Assembly: GCA_964016885.1 (NCBI GenBank)
Contig: OZ024740.1
Coordinates: forward strand, 84,444,001 to 84,508,000
Source of the DNA: Eledone cirrhosa
Lineage: Eukaryota
Length of the DNA stretch: 64,000 bases
Direction: 5' to 3'
The notes beneath the pieces are model-generated. The model did not search any database. It worked only from the letters and a program-made list of their open reading frames with translations, and was not told the origin of the DNA. Position numbers and translations under genes: made by a program. Shown piece by piece: positions 55,700-64,000 of the stretch (positions are counted from its first letter, which is position 1; each line of letters opens with the position of its first letter).

Positions 55700-57420
55700 A
55701 TGTTAATTATCTCTTCCTATCATACCTCACTTAAGGTTGGTTCCTCAGCAGCATTTGCCCTATTAAGGAAACATATTTCCTTGAAGTTCTATTATAGTTT
55801 TATTAATTGTCTTAAGTTAAAATACCTAAAGGTGAAATAAGAACATAATATATGCACATGTCTCAAACCTACAATGGCTGGAGTTAGAATTTAAACTTTG
55901 TAGTTACACATTAAACGTAATATGGAATGCGTAAATGTAGCAAGAACTTCAATGAATTTGCTAGGTTAAAGATCTAAGAAAATCAAATTATATATTTAAA
56001 ATTAGCTGTTTCTCATTACATCAAATGAATTAGAAAATGCTGCTGGGAAAATTCCAGTTTAATATTCAAGTTTAGACTGTTTTTATATCCACATCATTAG
56101 CAAAACGAAAGATAAATCATATAATAAAATTATAAATGAAAAAGTTATTTAAAACTTGATCCTTCTTAATCTTTGAAGTCAGTAAATTGATATTTAATTA
56201 ATAGAATCTTCGTATGCCACAGCTAATTCTTGCATTCTACAACTAACAAAGACAATGTGACTTACTGCTTACATCATTAATAAACAAAACCAAATGTGTG
56301 TGAAATCATGAATTGTTGAGAAAAGAAGTGGTTTGAAGATAACACATTCGGCATTTGTTACAATGTTTCGATCTGATCAGAAGCTTCCAACCAAAGAAAT
56401 TATTTCAGGTGCAACAAAATTGTTTCCGCTGAAACTATGTATGCCGAAGGAAAATTGTTGATATTGAAGAATTAGTCACTGGTATGTCTGTGGCGACTTA
56501 AGCTATTTCTACAGCTGTTGCCATTAACATTGAAACGTAGAAAGGGAAAGCAAGGTATATAGTTGGAAGAAGAGAGTTGTTTTGCAATTCTTTAGGATAA
56601 AACTCTTCATGGAATATGTGGAATGAGAATTAAATTAAAATGCTTTGGATGTACATTTAAAGGATAAGGAAAATACGTCATCAAAACAAGTCAAATATTA
56701 GGTTGTTATTAAAGAATTTTTATGCTAAGGTGGTGTCAGCATAGCGATGCTATAACAGTGAAGGGAACAGCGATTTTTATGGGGATTTGTGGAGTGCAAA
56801 TAGTTGTTGTTATCGAAGCCTTTCCAAACAAGAACATACCGTTTGGATTGGGAATACTTTTAGACCTAAGGAACTTTCTCCAGATGTTTCAGGTGATGTT
56901 TTTCTTTTGCCAGTACAACAACAACGCATGTGGGGTCTACAGATAATGCTTTTGGTTATGTGAGGGATAGGATTTTCGATGAATCTCTAAGCATTAATGT
57001 GAAGGATCCAAGACCAGGAGAGTTTGTGTATATTGAAATTAACGAGGATGATACCTTTTTAGAGTATTGGAGATGTGAGATAAAGTTTTTCTGCACAAGA
57101 AATGAGATAGTGTAAAGCAGCTGGTTTGGTATTCAAAGCGACGAGAGCTTTTACAGATAATGGTTTCGTTTTAACTACAGATTCCACATCTTACTTGAAA
57201 AGAAAGTCTCATAGATGATAGAAGGCAACAGCGATAACGTAAATAATAAAAGAGGGACAAATTCGAAGAAAGAGATAGGTAGAGGATAGTGGTGTAAGTA
57301 ATAGCAAAAACATAACGTTGAAAAGAACAGAAGAGTAAATGTATAAAAACAATAAATATAAATGTAGTGAACGAAGATAATGTTATCAAAATCACATTTT
57401 TCAGCAACGAGGTTTAAGTG
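55700..57420 (-). pseudogene. Highly decayed CR1/L2-type LINE ORF2
   Basis: Purine-rich + strand; only fragmentary endonuclease-region resemblance on the minus strand. Confidence 0.35.
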
Positions 57421-57629
57421 TAGATTAAAAAGTGTTGAAATGAATGAGAATGGATGGAAGCGTTAGGTAAGAAATAGAAAAATAGTTGAAATGAGAGGTG
57501 AAATCATTAGCATTTAAGTCAGTGGAATTCATTCATTCAAAATTGATCTTTTCAAAGGAGCAATTCATTTCGTATTTTCATTGGTGAAATAAATATTTTG
57601 TCAAGGAAACGTGTAAAAGAACGACAATT

Positions 57630-57670
57630 TCATATATAATGGGGTTCCTAAACATTAGTGCACAGCTGTA
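57630..57670 (-). mobile_element. Tc1-like TIR remnant
   Basis: Reverse complement TA-CAGCTGTGCACTAATGTTTAGGAACCCC. Confidence 0.35.
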
Positions 57671-58544
57671 CTTCAGTATACTCTTGATTAGTATAGAAGA
57701 AACGACATGCCTCGTCCACCACTATTCATTGGCTGGACGTGTATTGCTATTTAATTATGTGATTTGAAATCAAAGTGTATTGCTCTCTACTTTTATCTTT
57801 CTTTGTATTACTTATTTCCATGAAGTCTCCAACATTCTATATCCTATTTATTCTTCTCCAAATTCTATACTTATTGTTGCTATTTCAAAATGTCATTTAT
57901 CTTCTGTGTATCGTTGTATGGTTTATAATTCCAATTGTAAATTTAATTAAAATCTGGAATAACTTAATCTTTATATTTTTACCCCATAAAATGTTTCGAA
58001 TTATTAAACAGCTGAGCTATGCAAAAAATGAAAACTGGTTCACTATATGAGATTAAGAATGCTTTGTTTTTTCATTTTATGTGAGAATGTGTGACTTTTT
58101 TTAGTAAGAGTTATGAAATTATTGACGAGCAAAGAATATATTTAAAATGTGAGATTAAATTTTTTGTGTTTTTTTCTTTTTTTGAGCAAGCTGAATCTAT
58201 TCCCTCAATATTATATTTTTGTTTTTTACAATAAAAATTTCTTTCGTTTTGACTTAGAGTCTAAAGATTAAGACACGTTTTAGGCAAATATAATTTGATT
58301 CATAGTCTTATCACTATACAATATCGGAAGTGCTACTAACTTTCATCACACTGAGAGTGAGTTCGTGATGTTAAACCAAATTATTAAGTATGCAAGAGAG
58401 ATGGAAGCCCAGTATTTTTTACCAAAGATATGTTTGGGCGAAAAAGTACATGTATATTTTATTAGCAACTACACATGTTCTTTACATATATATGTGAAGT
58501 ATTTTTGTCATCTTTTTTATACGAACTCGCCATACAGGAAGAAA

Positions 58545-58730
58545 TAATTGTTTCTACTTTGGCACAAGGCCAGCAATTATCCCAGTGCATTACTGGTACT
58601 TTATTTTATCGACCCCGTAAGGATGAAAGACAAAGTTAACCTCGGCGGGATTTGAACTCAGAATGGCATGGGCCGTAACGTAACTCTATGCGTCAAAGCA
58701 TGGCGTCCGACCCTCTACCAATACTGCCAA
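58545..58730 (-). mobile_element. SINE copy
   Basis: Family sequence. Confidence 0.9.
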
Positions 58731-60394
58731 GAAATAATATTGATTACTTCGAGCCAAAAAAATCGTTTGACATACTTGAAATCGTAAAGAAACCTCTTTA
58801 AAATAAACTCTCCGGAAATATATGAGATAGTACTATATCCACTTTGTCTGCAGGTAAAAGGGTGGAATCATCACGGATGGGAGGTCTATGAACATGCGCC
58901 ATCCCAATTACAACTGGCAATGGACTAAAATACAACAATAGCATATTTATATGTTTTGCTTCCATAAAAACATAAAACTCCTACATATTATAGGATTGTG
59001 GGTGTTTTAGTAAGACATTGAAGCATTTCAAAAATACATAGTTTAAGCAAAGCAAACGTGTGTCGCAAGATATCAAAACCTTTTCAGGTATTCAACTAAT
59101 CTAAACATTAACTTTTGCTATATAGTGTTCACTAAATATTAGACTGATTAATATTGATGATTACTTATATTATTTCGTTTTCTCACATTAGTACAAATCC
59201 ACAAAGATTAAGAGAAGTGCTGTAGTCGATTATATTTAACCCAACATATTTGTTTCAACAACTCTAATTCCCTAAATTATTGATGTTAATTTTAGAAGAA
59301 TAGTTATCTTCATCTGAAATTACTTTAATTCTCCTTCTTAAAACTGAACAATGTGAGATTATGTTTTCCTGACTTAATTAACTGACCTTCTTGAGGTTGT
59401 TAGTTCTATTCCAACGTGTCATGGCAACGTTGTCTCCATTCTGTTCACTCGAAACAAAAGGCAGCCTACACATGGACTCTCACACAGCAGAGAGCACACC
59501 TAAACTCCGTCTAGGCCCGCATTACTAGGGCAGCAGTGATACTGCGTTGTACCTGATAAGTTTCCTCTTTTTCTTATTACCCCTTAAGTGGGAGAATTTA
59601 CTGATTAATATTTATTTCTTAAAGTTTTTCCTCTTATATTCCACCTTTCAGCTGCTTTCCGGACACTGAACATCTATATAGCGCATCATAACAAACTAAA
59701 GCTGCAATCTAGTAATTTATCGGTGATAAAAGAATTGTCTATCGACATGGTGAAATCCTTATGAAAATACATTAAATTATATAAACATTATTATATTCTG
59801 TTAATGGCATCTTCTGTCCCTTTGCCCTCCCATATATTAAGAATAGCTCCTGTTTTTTGCAGAGGTGTGTACTTGTTTAGGGTTGGTCAGTATGAAATAT
59901 TTTGAGAAACGTACGACGCGGATTGGGGAAAGATCTGGTCCTGACCAAAATAAGCCTGGGTAGAATTCTAAATGTGAAATAAAGCTGTTAAAAGCTTCTA
60001 ATGCTATAAGTGTTTATAATATTAGAAGCTTTTAACTGCCAGTGGAAGGTATTTATTGTTCTTGACCTGAGAGATATTTTAACAGGTGGTTAATATTAAT
60101 ATATGTCTTAGAATTTATTACTTGCGTTTCGGAAATGTAATATGCAACATAACGAAACAGGCCATCAATAAATATTACATTTATATCACATATCAATTGC
60201 CGGTTACGATGAACATATATTAACGATTTTAATAACTACAATACAGACACTATTGCCTTAAATTCACATTATTCGAATTCGACATCAGCATAAGTATCAC
60301 AATAAGAAGTATATGACACGTAAAATACTCTCAGAACTTTTAAAATACTCTCACAACTTTTAAAGGCAAAGCTCCTCGGTAGCACTGCTAGTTT

Positions 60395-60830
60395 GGGATA
60401 AACTCTAAAGGCATGGAAGTACCGTCAGCCAGGCCTGTCCAAGATGCGCGCAGGGTGACGAAACCGTCCTGCACGCACACATCCAGTGTTCGAGAATCGC
60501 TGACTTGTAGGTGTATGTCGAACATCACGTGCCCTAAGTGTGTGCTTGTAGTAACGTAGGAGGAAACCTGGAAGAGGGCGCTTGCCCTAGCGGTCAGGGT
60601 GACCGTGGCTTTTTGTGTGGGCTTTCTGCACTAGTGACACTCGGAAATCTCCCCTCCCCCTATTGGAGAATTTTTCCTTGTTTCTTTTTTGTTACATTTT
60701 TTTTTATACATATAATTTTGTTTTTTGTGTTTTGCATGCAGAAATGCTCATTTGTACCGTCCTGTACTGTCCTTAATGTTATACTTTATGTCAACGCTTG
60801 TGGTTAATAAAGAAAGCATTATTATTATTA
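60395..60830 (+). mobile_element. Internally deleted copy of the L1/Tx1 3' end
   Basis: Homologous to ~420-555 joined to ~870-1150; (ATT)n tail. Confidence 0.8.
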
Positions 60831-60856
60831 TATATATATATATATATATATATAGT

Positions 60857-61048
60857 AATAATTGTTTCTACGTTAGGCACAAGGCCAGCAATTACCCAGT
60901 GTATTACTGGTACTTTATTTTATCGACCCCGTAAGGATGAAAGGCAAAGTTAACCTCGGCGGGATTTGAACTCAGAATGGCAAGGGCCGTAAGTCTATGC
61001 GTCAAAGCATGGCGTCAGACCCTCTACCGATACTGCCAATCCACCGCC
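60857..61048 (-). mobile_element. SINE copy
   Basis: Family sequence. Confidence 0.9.
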
Positions 61049-61056
61049 TATATATA

Positions 61057-61813
61057 TAATAATAATATTTTCGAATCAGCGAGCGAGTTTGAAATTATTA
61101 TAAATGTAAGCTATCGCCGTATTTTGACTGAAGAAATTAAAGAAATTATTTAGCCTGATAGTGGGGTTAAGAACCCTCGGAGAAATGGAAAAAGATGAGT
61201 ATTGACGTACATGGGAGTCGAACCCATATCTTTGGTTATCCAAACCACTGTGCTACCATTTACAGCAACACATCACCCGTCTTTTTCCATTCAAATTAGA
61301 AGTTATAATCTTAGCAACTGTAATGTCAAGTAATAATTGTTTCTACTTTTGGCACAAGGCCAGCAATTACTCCAGTGTATTACTGGTACTTTATTTTATC
61401 GACCCTGTAAGGATGAAAGGCAAAGTTAACCTCGGCGGAATTTGAACTCAGAATGGCAAGGGCCGTAACTCTATGCGTCAAAGCATGGCGTCCGACCCTC
61501 TACCGATACTGCCAATCCAAGTAATAATATTTTCGAATCAGCGAGCGAGTTTGAAATTATTATAAATGTCAGCTATCGCCGTATTTTGACTCCCATGTAC
61601 GTCAATACTCATCTTTTTCCATTTCTCCGAGGGTTCTTAGCCCCAATATCAGGCTAAATAATTTTTTTAATTTCTTTAGTCAAAATACAGCGATACATTT
61701 ATAATAATTTCAAATTCTCTCGTTGATTCGAAAATATTATTACTTGACATTACAGTTGCTAAGATTATAGCTTCTAATTTGAATGGAAAACGACCGGTGA
61801 TGTGTTGGTGTAA
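61057..61813. mobile_element. ~270 bp tRNA-like monomer: tandem plus fold-back, split by a SINE (61332-61519, -)
   Basis: Unit start recurs at 61521-61590, inverted copy 61588-61813; SINE TSD CAAGTAATAAT; relative starts at ~63948. Confidence 0.8.
61203..61274 (-). pseudogene. tRNA-like cloverleaf (72 nt)
   Basis: Acceptor GATGTGT/GTACGTC, anticodon arm GTGGT-TTGGATA-ACCAA, T arm ATGGG-TTCGACT-CCCAT. Confidence 0.55.
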
Positions 61814-62065
61814 GTTAACTTATTTGCATTAAGGTATTTAAGAAAGATTCTAAAAAATTTCGGGCAATAGTTTCAGTTTATTTTGGAAAGCGTGTGACTT
61901 GGAATTTAATTTAATTCAATCTTAATTTTTTTATTTGCTTTGAGATCTAAGTAAATTTAGTATATCTGCCTTGATGTTTTGTACATGTAGGTTTGTGTAT
62001 ATATTATTTATTCGTAATTATGTTTTGCATTTGTGTGTATATATTATATTTATTTTATGTTAATA

Positions 62066-62530
62066 ATGCCAGGCCAGGGATTTCTGGAAGTTATCCATTG
62101 ACCCCGGCCCGAAAGTTATCCCGAAAAGATTGGCTAGTTGATTTTCGTCGATGACACCCAGAGTCCCCCAAGGACGTCGTCGCTCTTTCCTTTCACTAAC
62201 CCTCTATAGAATGCCAACGTGGAGTTTACACCGATCGCATCGCCCAAGTGGTCGAGGGCTGTGAGCGCCTTTTCGAGAGGGAGCTGGGGAAGTAAATGTC
62301 TAGCAAACGGCGACCACACCTGATCACCACCGAGGAAGAGGTGAAGATGCCGTAGCTTGAGCGCATGGCTGCGCATCATTAGCTACGGCATGCCCAGCCC
62401 TCCACGTAGCGGGTGTTGACAGCAGATGGATGGATCTGTCTGGAATGGCGCAGGTCTGTGCCTCTCCCACCAGACCACAGATGACAAGTTTTGATACCAA
62501 GCAATTTTCTAGCACATTTGCGACTGTTTT
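62066..62530 (-). pseudogene. L1/Tx1 ORF2 fragment
   Basis: MMRSHALKLRHLHL..QVWSPFA..STLAFYRGLVKGKSDDVLG, homologous to ORF 14-421. Confidence 0.8.
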
Positions 62531-63197
62531 GAGTATATTGTTACATTTGCCTGATTCGCTCCGCTTTCTACATGCTCATTTTCCATATCTACTCTACTTA
62601 CCAGTTCCAGCTTACTCTTTTTGCTCAACTCCTCCAATTCCAGCTTGCTTATCCCTCCATTAGTTCTTATTAAGCGAGTCTAGCCCGTTGGTTTTTGTTC
62701 ACTTTGTGTAAAATAGACCAATATCGTTCCAGATGTTATGCATTCGTTTCCTATAATCTTTCTTAGTGAGATCAATTTTTCAGATAATATTTCATTACAA
62801 CTTTATTCGTTTCCTTCATCCAGTTAGCTCATGCTTCTTTCATTCTTCTACCTTCAACATCAGCAGTATTTGGATGACAACCATATACTTACCGCTGGAC
62901 CAGGGTGAACTCTCCGGGTGAGAATCATTCACATAAAGTTCTAGCCTACATTTCACCATTATTTGAACTATTTAGGTTCGACATTTAAGCACTCGTAAAG
63001 AGGGCTTGTGAATTTAAGGTTGCACTAACACCAGTGTTTTAACGTGACACAATCATATGATTAGGGCAATTTATGTGACACTTATTATCATAATTACCAT
63101 TAAACATCTTTAAGCCGCCTTTACGGCATTCTTAATTTGAGCCTTGTGTGGTTAATGGTGAAATTATTATTATCATTTTTAACATTATTATTATTTT

Positions 63198-63312
63198 ATC
63201 CAACCGTGGTTAACTTTGCCTTTCGTCCTTACGGCGTCAATAAAATAAAGCACCAGTAATACACTGGGATAATTGCTGGCCCTGTGCCTAAAGTAGAAAC
63301 AATTATTATTAT
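63198..63312 (+). mobile_element. SINE 3' half
   Basis: Core and tail only. Confidence 0.8.
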
Positions 63313-63564
63313 TGTGAATAATTTCTCAACACAATTGCATGCTACCTAAGGTTTCTATCATTGGTCATAGAAACGCTATAACCCGTAGTGTTGGTTATTT
63401 ATCATTTATAATAATATTGCTCTAAATTTGACATGGGGTGCTACTTTTCTTTATCTAATCTAAGCAAACCCTTGATACTACATCACATATATATATATGT
63501 ATATATCTATATATACATATAAATATACACATGTATATATATATATATATACATATAAATATAC

Positions 63565-63820
63565 ATATATATATGAATGTATATATAATGTATTTTGCAA
63601 TAGACTTTATGCTTAATTAAAAGCATTTTGAAGACCGTATGCTATTGTTTTAGAGTAGTGACAAACTTGTCACTACTCTAAAACAAACTTTGTCACTACT
63701 CTAAAACAATAGCATACGGTCTTCAAAATGCTTTTAATTAAGCATAAAGTGCATTGCAAAATACATTATATATACATTCATATATATATTGCTATTTCAG
63801 AGCTCCAATTCTAATTTTTA
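63565..63820. repeat. Short palindromic derivative of the 30569 monomer
   Basis: Arms match 30575-30671; lacks the HHR. Confidence 0.85.
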
Positions 63821-63869
63821 CATATATATATATATACATATAAATATGCATATATATACATATATATAC

Positions 63870-63900
<31 letters not shown>

Positions 63901-64000
63901 CAAGCAAAGTATAAACGTAAACATGTAAGTATGTTTTTGAAACGGTGCGCGAGTTTGAAATTAGAAATTAAAAATTATAAGCTTTCACCGTATTTTAGAC

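Noticed and set aside
58340-58415. NQIIKYAREME resembling the Rpn12/PSMD8 C-terminus
   Set aside because: Too short; no acceptor, stop or other exons
59407-59432. RFX X-box-like GTGTCATGGCAAC
   Set aside because: Single short motif without supporting context
61125-61190. CTGAAGA..GAAA words suggesting a hammerhead
   Set aside because: Stems I-III do not pair and the inverted copy lacks the core
61203-61274. Functional tRNA gene
   Set aside because: Three G-U pairs in the acceptor stem, mismatches in the D and anticodon stems, and a GGA anticodon with a short variable arm; kept only as tRNA-like

Overview
AT-rich, repeat-saturated eukaryotic DNA with no recognisable host protein-coding gene. 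The tRNA-headed SINE and the (TA)n/(CA)n/(TACA)n density suggest a cephalopod, but that is an inference. The window holds decayed Penelope-like elements (PLEs; one near full length with direct pseudo-LTRs), L1/Tx1, CRE-type, RTE and CR1/L2-type LINE fragments, Tc1/mariner remnants and about 17 SINE copies. The main signal is non-coding. Folding by eye gives about 20 type I hammerhead ribozyme (HHR) motifs from more than 10 unrelated families. Several have intact cores or compensatory changes, and they lie in 300-650 bp monomers arranged head-to-tail plus fold-back next to (TA)n tracts, a retrozyme-like layout. A second system is a ~600 bp non-coding retroelement that inserts into (TACA)n, with a filled and an empty site both present in the window. 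All folds and coordinates were read manually and need computational confirmation.
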